45,448 nucleotides of DNA from Catajapyx aquilonaris. Its lineage: Eukaryota. Position numbers and translations under genes: made by a program. Below are positions 1-12,733 of this stretch, in pieces; the stretch's first letter is position 1; every line of letters begins with the position of its first letter. Under the pieces are notes generated by a model, which saw only the letters and a program-made list of their open reading frames with translations, made no database searches and had not been told where the DNA came from. The DNA is taken from contig JYFJ02003169.1 of NCBI GenBank assembly GCA_000934665.2, forward strand, positions 1 through 45,448. The letters run 5' to 3'.

Positions 1-1231
1 TTATCCAGATACAGTACAAGGCTCCGGTTACAGAGGAATGGGACAAATGAATGGTGCTGGCAGACTTGGCCCCAATGGATTTTTATGTGGGATTGATTAT
101 GTGAATAACAGTGCCTATACTAGGTTAAGGTCAAAATGACCTTCCGCAACTGATCCCTCTATATAAGGAAGGCTGTGACTACAACTACACCCAGAAATGT
201 TACAAATTTACAAAACATTGAGGTCGAATATCGCCTGTTTATTTTGTCAGGCTATAGCTGAGGTGCCCACATAAAAATTTATTGGAAAAAAATGTGTTGC
301 GATTTTTTTTGAACTTTCCCTCTGCAATTATGTAATTCAGAGATGTACAGTACCGTATATGATAAACGGATTTGAAGCTCTTAATTTTAAGTTTTGTGTC
401 GTAATCATCTCTACATATCCTGTAATTTAAAATTCCGCAGCCTGTATGTTTTCATTTGGTACACTGCCAAGACATAAATGTATTAAATTAAATCAAATTA
501 AATTAAAATACAGTAATTCAGCCACGTTCCTTTAAAAAGTTATAAGCAAGGTCATAAGTTATTGCAAAACTGAAAAGACACATTAATATTTTTGAAAGTA
601 GAATGTACTCCTTTGATGGCATTAATTATCTTTCATACCCATACAATACTGATTATATCAAGAGTGCTTCTGCAAGCAAGTAAACAATACACGTACTAGT
701 ATTCAGCCACCAATAAATTTTCTTCTATAAAATGTCTTTAATTTTACCATGCCAAATTTGAATTATTTAAGCGCTTTAAATATTTTTAAACAAAGAATAG
801 GAATGGGAATAGGAAGATAGGAAAATCATCAGGTTTTAGTATCAATATTATTGGAATATGTAGTATAAGAGTCAATACAACACATGCTTCAACTAAACAA
901 TCAATCAATCTGCAATTCCGCAGCTCCACTTATCACACATTCTGAGTTTCATTCCTAATCTGACATTTCCACCATAATTATATGATATATAGGAATGCTA
1001 AGTTATACATATTGTTACAGAGAGATGATGAAATATTACAAGAAAACTGAGATTTACTGTGGTATTATGTCATTCTGCCAGTAACTCATAAACTACCGGT
1101 ACTAAGCATGTTGTGGGCCATCTAAACTAGACTTACAGTGATAAGCCCCAAAAGTAACACTCCCCCATCCTCCGTTCCTGCATTTTTCAAGTAGAATATA
1201 TTTGATATATAGAATTATATATAATATATTG

Positions 1232-1235
<4 letters not shown>

Positions 1236-1273
<38 letters not shown>
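1236..1273. repeat. (TA)n microsatellite
   Basis: Uninterrupted TA run immediately flanking the Helitron 3' end. Confidence 0.95.
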
Positions 1274-1276
<3 letters not shown>

Positions 1277-1279
1277 ATA

Positions 1280-2140
1280 CTAGCAGGTTACCCGGCGTTG
1301 CCCGGGTATGTTGGGGTGCTGGTAAAGATAGGGGCACATACGCGTATCTGTGATAGATTACCTGCTTGTCTTATAGCGTACAGTCGACACGGATATTCTG
1401 ATTGGATGTGTAAAAGGAGGAATGCTGATGGAGTTGGCCCAGGAAAAGACTGCACAGCCATGTGTTTTTTCCCCCTGCATTTTTGACCCTTTGACCCCCC
1501 CTCCCCCCCAACCCCACTTCACACCCCCACCTCGTTCCATATGTTTGCTCTGGATAACTTTAGAAATGTACGTACAGATGTATGATGGGAAATGTTGTTT
1601 TCAACACGGAGTAATATAAAGTGGTGCTGCGGGAACGTCGGGTTCGATCCCAGCCCGGGGTTCCCTCCTTCATCACGTGCAGAGTTGGGTCGTCTCTGGC
1701 TTCGTTTCGGGTGGAATCTCCTCAGACTAATCCACCCGGGGGAGTTCACAAAATATACCGTTTGAGAATTGCACTTGCACCTTGCACATCCCCTCCCAGT
1801 CACCCTGCCCGTGGGCTCGGGCGCTACGTCAAAAAGGTTCCATCAAGACAAAATAAAGGTTTCCTCCCTGCGGTACGATGCAGGGAGGTAAATAGCTAAA
1901 AAAAGATAGGCATTTCCATGGGAATGCAAATTGATTTTTTATTATTGATGTAAGCTAATTGTTGAGGCAGGAATATGCGTGTTGTGGGAGTTAGGTACAT
2001 TTTCGAAAGCTGAAACGTGCGGCGTTAGATTCCTTGGAAAAAGTAACCCCCGATATGCTAATTTAAGGCGGTGTAGGGGCCTTCCCCTGGATTTCTATAA
2101 GGGACAAACATCCAAACTTCCTTATTTATAGATATAGAGA
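1280..2140 (-). mobile_element. Non-autonomous Helitron (Lep1-like architecture)
   Basis: On - it reads A|TCTCTATATCTATAAATAAG ... CCCGGGCAACGCCGGG-TAACCTG-CTAG|T. That gives a 5' TC, a 3' CTAG, a GC-rich hairpin just before the 3' end, an A|T insertion site and no TSD. Confidence 0.75.
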
Positions 2141-2195
2141 TTGAATATATTGAATATATTCTTGAAAGGTCAGTTTGTCCGATACCACATTTCAG

Positions 2196-3317
2196 GATGC
2201 AAGACATGGATGGTTGGCTAAACGTCCTGGAAAACACTTTGGACAGAATCAAAAACGAAATGGTGTCATTGGCACAGACCAAGGAATCTCTGCAGTTGTC
2301 CCAGAAGCACAACCAATTCATGCGCGATATTACCAAAGAATGCCTCGACCTGCGAGACCTGCACAAGGGCGAGGAGCTGATCAGAGACTCGGCCGATCAA
2401 GGTCTAAACGAAGTAAGTATAGTCCGGATTAGTTTATAATACATTAATTGCATTTCTAGCCCTTGCTTTTTAAATCTCAGGATAAAACCACTTAGAAAAG
2501 AAAGAGTCTAATTTTAAAATCACAACCTATAATTCGATTCTTCCGATGAACAGTAGACCTACGTACTGTAGACAGTATCATACTTTCAAAATATCAGCGC
2601 TAAAAAGCGCCATCTCGCAGGAACTATTATGACGAATGTGCATTCCAGCTGTATAATCATTTCATAGCCATATACAGTATACTGGGTGTAACAGTGTCAG
2701 CCCTCATCACCTCTAATAGTTCTGAGAAATTCGTTGTTTGGGGAGTTTTACTGGAAGGTGTATGGGGGGAAAATGAATGTCAGGGACAGATGCTTAATTA
2801 TTGTTCCCATGTGGTGCCCATTCGTCACTCAATTAATCACCTCCTAGTAGTCAGCACGCAGGCGGGATGGGGATACCCCCCACTCAAGGCTTACGTAACA
2901 CGCATTCACTCACACACCGTATCATAAAATGCTAAGTACTTGTAGTTGCATCTTTATAACCGTTCAAAAATATCACTGTAATTCAGAGTGACGACATGTG
3001 GATTATTAATAGACTGTTTGGTAATGTGTATCTTCATTGCATATGTACCCCCGCGAGCATAAAGATGGAGACGGCAGGCCCTTTTTTGACCTTTCTTTAT
3101 CCGACTTAAATTAATGAATTCTTTTTGGACCGAGTTAGCTGCTTCAGGCTTGTGTTCGTGTATTTATGTCAGTATATTTGATACCGTAATAGCTGAGATT
3201 GGCAGAGCAGCCTGCCGAAGGTGAGGGCTTACCGTCTCCATCTTTATGCTCGCGGGTGTACAACAACTTAGGTCTATGTCATTAGGCCTAGTGTATGTGA
3301 GTAATAGAGGCAAACAA

Positions 3318-3394
<77 letters not shown>

Positions 3395-3472
3395 TTACTA
3401 CTACTACTACTACTAATACTACTCCTACTACTACTACTACTTCTATTATTATTGTTATTATTTTTGTCGCTG

Positions 3473-3511
<39 letters not shown>

Positions 3512-5723
3512 CTATCATAAAATGCCTTTGACTTTTCAAAAGTCTTCTTACCCAGCCTCTCTCTTGTGTAACTGTATCATGCGCCGAATATTAATTTAAA
3601 ACTAGAGCAAACAAATTGAGGCAATGGGAGAAATCTTATCCTTTTTCTCACGAGCAACCCTACGCTATTAATGATCATTGATTATTTACTTGGTAAGACT
3701 TTTAGTGATGCATCGGTTAATGATTCCACTATATAGAGCCCTTTCATGACCTTCCCTCTCTATACTCCCCACACCAGCTCTTGCCTTCAACATGCTCATG
3801 TTTATGTAACGATAATAATTAGTTTTTTCATTCTTATGAAGCACTTTAGCTATTAGTCACTCTCTGCGTTTTGAACAAATACATGTTGTACAGCTTCTGC
3901 ATGACATGCCAATTGAGTTGATGTTCTTAGAATTGCCTTCCCATATATCATTCCTTCACTGCCTTTCAAGGCCCGCGACAGTTTCTATTTGCAATGTATT
4001 CTATTAATATTGTGAAATATTGAACTGCTAATAGTACTGTAGACTATAGCAGGAGCCTCAAGATGTGAATGTATAGCATCATGTAATGAACATTGTACTG
4101 TATGTACACTTCATTCTTTATGGGGTAACAAAAGCATAAATTGCACAGGAATGTCACTTTCTTTTTTAGTCCTCCATTACTGAGTATTTTTCGCATTAGC
4201 CACCTACATTGTTAACGATAGTAGACAGACATGGCGAGAGACCACAACTCGCGTGGCGCAACATAATGACAAGACAGCCAGTGCAATTACGCTTTGTCCC
4301 GTCACGCAAAGAGGCTAAAAATGAAATCAAAGTAAGGAGGGTATGAGACGAAAATGAGAAGCTGGTTGACTGAGGCCGGAAATTTGTGAATCATCCTGAA
4401 GTCTTGTGGCTTTGTGAGTGAGGGCCGAGCTCATTGGGCAAAACCCATTAGAATCACGCATGCCAGCCAGCCAGCCGAGGTTCATCAGCATCTGAGGGCA
4501 GTCAAGCAACCAGCACATACACACACTGGGGGGCTATAATGATGCCCATGAGGTCGCTCCATTGTGTGCAAGTTTTACGCCGCAGCGCAGGAAGGATAAA
4601 ATTAGCAAACTATATAGTCTGGAGAACCAACGACTGAACTTTCTGGAGATCGTAGAATCATCCATCCGTGTATCCATTCCGGATGTACTCAAGTACCAGT
4701 ACGGCTGTAGTAGGTGCAGGACAAGATAGGGTTTTCTGTAGCGAGGATGGGCTCGGATATTTTGGATTATTCGGTTTTTAGGGAAAAATTAGGATGAGAA
4801 ACTAATATCTTGCGATGCCTTTAGGGATACTTTGACTAAGTTACTTGAAAAATATTACTGTACCGAGCAGTACATTGCCATCTGTAACACTCCCGAGCTA
4901 AAGCAATAGTTTGGTTCAATTCGAAGACTCAGCTTATACAGATAGCCCACTGCAGGAATATATTTAACTTTTTAGTACCACAACTTGTTTTTTGGTCATG
5001 CATTATATTATAAATAATAAATAAATAAAAATCAGTCAATAATAATATATTACGAACAGTTGGGTTACACAAGTATGGTACAATTTTACCTCAAAACCAG
5101 TGATTCTTGTTTTGTCTAGAAGAAACAAAATAATAGAAGTTGTTAACCCCAAGTGTGACACAATTAATGACGCAGCTCCAACCTACAAACAGGTTTGGAG
5201 CTGGTCACTTCTAGCGGGTCTATAACACAAGCAGTCCACGAGGATGACCGTCTGCACTGAAACCCCTGTCACCTAACTCCCACACCATCTTTCAACTAAA
5301 CTGCATGGGCGCCCCTTTCAATTAATAGCTTGTATTCTGCGACCTTCCCTTTCGCGCCGACTTATGTTATGATGAGGAATTTTAATAGGCCAAATAATCG
5401 CTGGCGTGAGAAAGACGCGAGGGTTATTAAAAAAAAACAACAGAGGAAAGTTGGACACGCGCCTAGGTCCGGACGGCCTTGAGCAATCCTACGTATATGC
5501 GAGTACTTGCGGGGCTACTTGTTGCTCGAGTACTTCCTCATAAATTCTGAGAAGAGCTGTGAAAATTGTTGCCCAAAAGTCTGCAAGCTACATATGAACG
5601 CTTCAGTCCTGGGATGAACCGTTTCAACCAGTCATTATTGGTCACGCAAAGTCGCGCACCTCTAATCATATCAGCACCATCTTTATAAATATTTAAAATG
5701 AGTAGACTTGGTCAATGTTCGGT

Positions 5724-5788
<65 letters not shown>

Positions 5789-8700
5789 GGAGCCACATAA
5801 CCCATGCGTGAGCCCTAACATGATTGTATAACTTAGACTACTCTACTTGTTAGGAACTGCAAGAATTAAACGGGAACCTGGATAAAATGAAGGGGTTGTG
5901 GGACGACGAGGAAAAGAAGTCGAGGGATCTGGACAACACCCGTATCCTCGTTATGCAGAACATCGACGACATTATCCGTGCCATCAACGTCGACGATCAC
6001 TGCCACGAGCTAGACATCAGGGCTCCAGGCCTTGCCTTGAAGCCGCAAATCAGGGATCAGAACATAAAGTAAGTTCGACCATATGAGTTGATGAATGACC
6101 GAATTAATGACAACATATTCAACGATTTCCAGGAACATACACTCCGAAGACTGGATAGGTCGGTGCAACCGCAACAAGGATAGGGCTAATCATGATATAG
6201 GAACAAGTGGTGCGCTGAGGGAGTCCATTCGAAAGGTGATAAACACAGCTACCACCGACAACACCATCATGTTGGATAAGAACAATTTCTTCTTACACCG
6301 GAGGTTGGTGTCTATCGAGAAAGCCATCAACGACATGGAGTGGCAGAAGCTACTAGTAAGCATTCTCCTTTTTGTTTGACAGTTTAGCCGAAAGGGTGTG
6401 CCAACAAGGGCGATGTACAACATGGTACTGAAGTGGTAAGCAAATAAGCACGCCTTCACGTCACTGTGGTTATGGGTTATTCGTTGAGGCTGATATGCTT
6501 TTACGTAGTCTATGTGAAGCTAGCATGAAAATGCAGCATAAACTTCCCCTTTGACGCGTTGCCAACCTGTGAAACATTGCATATTACAGTATCCTCCTGA
6601 GACCTGATGTCCAATATATTGGACATCAGCAAAAAAAAAGGCGTCAACTGAAATTGACGCCAATTTTTATTTTTTGCTGATGTCCAATATATTGGACATC
6701 AGGTCTCAGGAGGGTATATACAGGGTGTTTCAACTTTTTTATCCGAACAGTTATCGGAAAGTTGCACGTAGCTATGCTACTTTGTAAGCAGTGACTTGCA
6801 ACCGGTGATTTGTCGGAGGAATGAGGAATGGGGAAAAAAGAGGGTCACACATCCCATGGCATGTGTGACCCTCTTTTTTCCAGGCTTGACCCTCAATTTT
6901 CAGCGGGCAGCACGAATGCCACTTCAACCTACGATTCGCAGGGAATGTTCCCCGTTCCTCCGAAAAATCACCCTTTGCAAGTCACTTGCTTACAAAGTAG
7001 CAGCTACGTGCAATTTTCCGATAACTGTTCGGACAAAAAAGTTGAAACACCCTGCATATGCTACGTGAATAGCACCTCGTAGGTCTTGTTTGACAGTGAC
7101 CTCGGGGTTCCAGCATAAGTACCCGTCGGGTCCACAAATAATATTTTCTGATCAAGGCCACAAGGTCAGTGGAACCCCGCGATATTTGACTATTTTGATA
7201 TTTGAATGGGCTTTTCATCGACATAGGTCAGAGTTGAGCCTCTCCGTCATACGGTAACAATGAAAATTTGTCATAACATGCATATATAGCAAGTGACAGG
7301 CATCAAAAGTATCAAAACGGATGCATGCAAACAAACAAACAAGCAAACAAACAATGAGGGAAGCAAGGAAGTATAGTTTCTGCATTATAATGTAAAGAGA
7401 TTCCTAATTAGTAGACTAATAGATGGCACTCGTAATCATATTTCGCTTTAACCTGAAATTATTTGTGGATCCGACGGGATCCTATTCGGGAACCCCGTCG
7501 CGTCGTCACCGTCAAACCAGACCTGTGAGGCGGGATTCGCCCAGATTAAATATGTAAAGTTTTAGTTTAGCACCTTTGCAGATTTGAAGAACGGACCACA
7601 TACAGTATTTTACTTGTAGTACATGTAGTACAGTATTAATATCGGGCACAATAACAAATACTACTGTGTTATCTATCAGCCAATATGAGGGGGTGAAAAT
7701 CAAAAACCGACAGCTCCGTCATAAGCGTAACGGAGAAAAACGAGAAAAACCTACAGTTTCGCCGTATATGTCAATGTAAATACCTGAATGTAGCGGCTAT
7801 TCCCATGTACATTTGTAGGGTTTTTGATACCATGTTCAGGTATTATGTAGTCCATGGCATGAGGAATGCATTTCCGGCGCTAACTCATTTTTTTAATTTT
7901 CTGGAGCTGTCGGTTTTTGATTTTCACCCCCTCATATAAGCTAGCTAATTTAGTAATAGTCCAAAAGTATAATCTTATTGGCGTTGTTACATCAGTCACA
8001 TGTTGTGCAATAATGCAGTATACAAATCCTCTGATGCCAGCAAACACGTATTGGTAAAAATGAAACTCCTGATCCTACAGTACCATACTATTCAGTTTCA
8101 TGGAACTGCAGGTCATTGAGCTTATCCACCTTAAAAACATAGCAGCAAGATGGTGACTGTTCAAAAAAGAATGTTACACCTGAACGGCTGACGCACCATA
8201 AGGGAATCCCCCACGCTATGTTCCTGGCCAGATGCATTCTTCCACGCTCTTTGTAGTTGTCAGAAGTTTCCTGACTAGATGATTATATTTCATTCTCTCA
8301 GTTTGATCAATATTATCGCGTGCAAAAGAAGTACAGGAAGTCAACGTTACATAAGAGTGTTGATTCATTAAGGACAACTTGCATCTCTGCTCTAAGTTAT
8401 CGTCAAAACTATGGTGGCATTTTCTCTTACGCATAACATTAATTAGTCCTACCCAATAACAGATATTATGGCATGTGATTAATCCATCGGTAGCACTATT
8501 TCCTGTATGGAATAACGAGGCCACGCATAACTCTTAATATACTCTGGTACTGCAATACATTCTGGCTAAACTACAGTATGCACCTTTCTCAATGCAGCTG
8601 ACTGAGGAGTCGGATGTGCTGAAGCACGATGTAAAGGAGCTAGAGTTAGCCGTTGAAACCAACTTGAAGAACTTGGAGGTGGCCCACACCCGCCTGGATA

Positions 8701-11700
8701 CTCGTACGTACCGCCCACCCAGGGAGAAGATCAATGATCCCCCACAAGAAATCATCAACGACGCCCTGCGTCGCCTTGAGATCCAGAAGGAAAAACTGGA
8801 AAGAGACCTAAAACATGGCCGGTATGAAATTTCATTACTAAAGTTCAGATGGCGCCATGATCGCACCAGGACGAACTCGGCTCCATCTCGTGGGTTTCTC
8901 AGCCCCTTTTGCACCTCCTGTTTGATAACGATATACAAAATAACGCACAATATCATCTGTCAATGCCAGTCCTTTAGAAAGGATGCGATGTCGGTAAACA
9001 GATGATAATAACTGATAGGCACTCTGGCGACAGCTTGTAAGTGCCTGTCTGCTTGATTATGTACTGGATGTGTATGAGCTTCACGCCGCTGGTGCTGCGG
9101 CACGTCCTTACTACAAGGATATTATCGCAATCAAGACCATGATGTGTATAATCTGCATCCAGTGCTAATTCACAAGAGATAAAGTTGGGTGGATTAAAAC
9201 TCAAACGGTGCAGGCATGCATCATGCTTGAAAGGGACAGGTGGAAGTGTCCCTTAGTAGCGTTCAGAGACGTACCGTAATTAAGCTGTAAAGTAACTATT
9301 GGCCCAGACCTGTACTCCTAACAGCAACTAGGCAGAATTATGTTATCACACTTGTTCAATAAGTATTAAACCAGAGCACTTGCGGTGTTCTTACTTTTTA
9401 CTCGACAATATATTCGTGATTCTGTTATAAGTGAATCTACTACAATTCAGTTTCGAAATATTAATATTGTCAGCAATTATCCTGCTCTGACTTTATAGCT
9501 GATTTAAGGTCGTATGAACCTTGTGGTTTAACAGGTTCATAAGTATCAACCAAATGAAAAGATTGATCATCTGATTGCGTATCAACGTGAAAGATTTCTT
9601 TTGGTGCCGATGCAAGTGCAGATAAAATTCCTTCATACTGTTACACAATCAAATTATCCTTTTGGATCTCTGGGTTGGTTCTCTTGGACCATAACGTTTT
9701 ATCAACAGGGGTTTACTCTCCAAATATTACTTCCTCCTGCATAATGTGCAAGCTGCATCTGTTTATTAAGGTTGCCATATCTCTAGGATCAGACAACCAC
9801 CGGTTAATCTGTTTGTATACTTTTAATCCGTTGACCCGAGACATGCTTTTGGAATGATATCCTGCATAATTAAGTAGCTTCTGTAACAGCTTACATAATG
9901 CAAAGACTGTCAGTTTCCTTACCGGCGAATGCAGATAAATATTTTTAGTTGCTAATATGCAAATGGTGTGAAATGGTAAGATATGTGAAGTAGGCCTACA
10001 GAACCCCTTCCAGATTAAGGCAATATTATAGACAAGACAGAACGTGGGGGATGATGTATTCCTTTATTGCTGATATCTGAAAAATGCTTCTTTCCTCATA
10101 GAGTCATAAACCATTTTGTTCCGAAGCTCCTTATATCTGCTGCTTGGCACAAACCGTCACTAATTCATCAAACTCATCATTATTTTCGATGTGGGGAACA
10201 ACTACTTAGAGAGAGGCAATGTCGTTTCCTCTGGTAGGTCAGGAAACCCGAACATATACAGTAGCTATATGCCTATAGCTGCGGTCTCAAGGGCATGTCG
10301 GTCAGACTCAATTGCTTTTCAGCGAGGTTAGCAGCAATAAATTTATTTTGCAAGCAAGAATCGCAAATTTTTTAAGCTCACTATGTTTTTCACTGACACG
10401 AGAGTATCTGATTTGAACTGGAATAAATAATAGTCCACATTCCGAGCGACTCGCCTGTATTTTTGACCTTCTCTGACTCACATAAATCAATTATTTAGCA
10501 GTTGCAACTATGTGTAAAGTAACCTGGATTGGAAAGTAGGGATTTTGTAAAAATTTTCCCAATTCATATGCCACAGAAAGAGTTGCGAGCGTTTGATAAT
10601 GTCATACACGTATTGAAGTACTGGTAATGTTAGAAAATGATCTTTTGAGTTAGACCTACTGTTCACGAAGAGTAGACTAATATACTACCGTGTATCATCA
10701 TCATTACATAAATAATTTATGTAATGATAATGATACACTGTGTGCTCAATGTGGCAATCATTAAAATGGGGCAATGCAATGGTAAGCCAATAATATACAC
10801 ACATTAGCTGCACTAATATCAATTTTTGTAATCATCTTGAAAGCCTAAAAAATTGCTTATCTTCTATCATTTCTCTAAAATGAAATAATGGCCCATTATT
10901 CGCTCATTTTAAAACGTCTTTAAAATGAGCGAATGTTTTTGTGGCCTTTTGAAAATTGAAACAGTTAGTTTTCAAATCCGAAGTTCTCAGTAATGTTGGG
11001 AACCTACGTAATAAAAACTAAGTTTCACTTTTTATCTATTATTAGCAAAATTATTATCATGGATCACTGCGAATTACTCCTCGCATCGAAAAGTTTTCGG
11101 TTTACACCTCACCTATTGGGTTAAAAAGTTGAGTGAGATTCTTTGCAGTAGGTTTCGGTAAAGCAAAATGCAATTTTGCACAAAAAAATATGATCAAAAG
11201 GTGGGAAAGTCGCGGACGATTCCATAACAGTCCGACAATCTTTTTGACCGTGATAGTACACTTGTAGTACAGTACAAACATTGGTTGCTGAGGGCAAAAT
11301 CCGTTAATTTTTCCGCATGGCGAGGAATCTGCTGCAGTGCAGTTCACATGTAGTCTAGTCATCTACAGTAAATAAGTGACATTTTAAATGGCTACATCTT
11401 CCCTTTTATTTACATTTTATGGTTAAATATTTGACTCTTTTTTTCCTAATGTTCCGAGACTGCAACCACGCCCAAACTCAATTTAGGCCTGCACTTTCAT
11501 TGACTCTTATTACAGTACACTCTAAGGTCTAAGGAAAGGTAAAATGCAAGGGCTTTCCCAATCTCCGAGTTCAAAATTCAAAAAAAAAATATGAGAACCC
11601 TATTCCTAAACATGATTTCCAATATAACCGTGAACCTCCATTGACATACTGATATACGTAATCCTTCCCACTACAGTCCTCATGTTCAAAACGTTTTTCA

Positions 11701-12277
11701 TGTCCATCATTTTCAGTGTACTGTATCTCTGTATGTGTAACTAACAATACCACTCCAAACAAGAGCATTCACACTGTGGCACACCCGACCTATCCACCAA
11801 AACCAATTTCTTTTCCTATACACCCTCATGCGTGACAAAATGAGACTGTTCCTTCATCCGGAAGCAACAGAAGTACTTAGTTGGATGAATTCGTAACCAC
11901 CTATTTGCTTGTAACTTTAACCACCAGATGACTGTCATCACATGGTGCTAAAAAAGAAGTTGTATCTGGTATCGGTTGTGTTTCAGTGCCAAGGCTCTCC
12001 TCTATAAAGTTGTTTCTTTGGCAGGGAAATGCTGGGCTCGATTCTGAACCAAATCGACCTGCTTGATAGTAGCATGCGAGAGAAGAGAGAGGCTGCTCAA
12101 CTGGACCGGATGTGCATGGATCGTCTCAGGGTGGGTGCTAAGGCCATGCAGACGATGTTGGACACCGACACGAAACTGAACCGCATCGAGCGCATACCAG
12201 CCTTGGTGCCCGATAACGAGAGGAAGCCCCCTCTCAAGAGCGGCACCTGCGCTCGACCATGGCACAGGGACACTTGA
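2196..12277 (+). CDS. Tektin family protein (tektin-2/B1-like); 5' exon(s) not found in window
   Basis: Phase-consistent GT-AG exons 2196-2412, 5854-6068, 6133-6355, 8598-8821, 12025-12277(stop). Tektin motifs: ITKECLDLRDLHKGEELIRD, AINVDDHC, EDWIGRC, LEVAHTRLDTRTYRPPREKIND (signature region) and EKREAAQLDRMCM; coiled-coil throughout. The first exon follows a ttcag acceptor and starts mid-domain. Confidence 0.9.
3048..3258. mobile_element. MITE, Tc1/mariner-type
   Basis: ~35-bp TIRs C(C/A)CCCGCGAGCATAAAGATGGAGACGG...; TA on both flanks (3046-3047, 3259-3260). Confidence 0.8.
3318..3517. repeat. Compound trinucleotide microsatellite (TGT)n-(TAT)n-(TAC)n-(CAT)n
   Basis: Read directly; it accounts for the poly-L and poly-M/T/I ORFs in the track. 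Confidence 0.95.
5725..5788. repeat. (TAT)n microsatellite
   Basis: Perfect TAT run ending ~65 nt upstream of the tektin acceptor at 5853. Confidence 0.95.
6593..6713. mobile_element. Short foldback MITE with palindromic arms
   Basis: CCTCCTGAGACC...GGTCTCAGGAGG termini. Each arm contains the perfect 24-bp palindrome TGATGTCCAATATATTGGACATCA. Confidence 0.7.
6721..7054. mobile_element. Tc1/mariner MITE family A, copy 1
   Basis: ~100-bp imperfect TIRs beginning CAGGGTGTTTCAACTTTTTT; TA on the left flank, CA on the right; an extra internal hairpin (GAAAAAAGAGGGTCACACAT...ATGTGTGACCCTCTTTTTTC). Confidence 0.85.
7686..7934. mobile_element. mariner-type MITE
   Basis: Perfect ~32-bp TIRs TGAGGGGGTGAAAATCAAAAACCGACAGCTCC with TA on both sides. 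Confidence 0.85.
10898..10934. repeat. Short perfect inverted repeat (16-bp stem, 5-nt loop)
   Basis: ATTCGCTCATTTTAAA-acgtc-TTTAAAATGAGCGAAT in the last tektin intron. Confidence 0.8.
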
Positions 12278-12362
12278 GCCTAAACACTAGTCACTAATCC
12301 AATTCCAAATTCCACATCCTTCCGATTTCGTAATCACCACAACAAAGTATAAGTCATATTCA

Positions 12363-12368
12363 TTTATT
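12363..12368 (-). terminator. Candidate polyadenylation signal of the PVF gene
   Basis: TTTATT on + (AATAAA on -), ~365 nt after the PVF stop; the first such hexamer I saw downstream of it. Confidence 0.5.
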
Positions 12369-12387
12369 GCTCGTCTCCATCATCATA

Positions 12388-12393
12388 AATAAA
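12388..12393 (+). terminator. Candidate polyadenylation signal of the tektin gene
   Basis: AATAAA ~110 nt after the stop; a second at 12463-12468. Confidence 0.55.
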
Positions 12394-12733
12394 AGGTTTA
12401 GGGGAGAACAAAACACAGGGGAAATGGCGGGCGTTTAAAAAAATATTTACACATTTGGATACAATAAAACCCTACGTGGAAATTACTGCCTTTCAAATAA
12501 TATATTTTTTAGTCTGAACTGCAAAATCCGGGTTTGTGTCGTGGAGGGGTGGGGGTAATGGGGTGTCAGCTACACGGTAGCTTTAAGTATGTATCGCATC
12601 ACAGTGACAGCAGCTGCAGTATGGTGCACGGGATGTAGGGACCAGCACTGGAGGCATGAAGTGTGCTGTTCCGTGCCCAGACACTTGCCATTTCCAGACC
12701 CAATGTTAATAGTCGACTCTTTCGCCTAAACCA

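Noticed and set aside
3288..3539. Poly-Leu and poly-Met/Thr ORFs
   Set aside because: Translations of the compound microsatellite.
8302..8436. Possible extra tektin exon after a ctctcag acceptor
   Set aside because: Not tektin-like and reaches a stop; exons ending 6355 and starting 8598 already join in phase with continuous homology.
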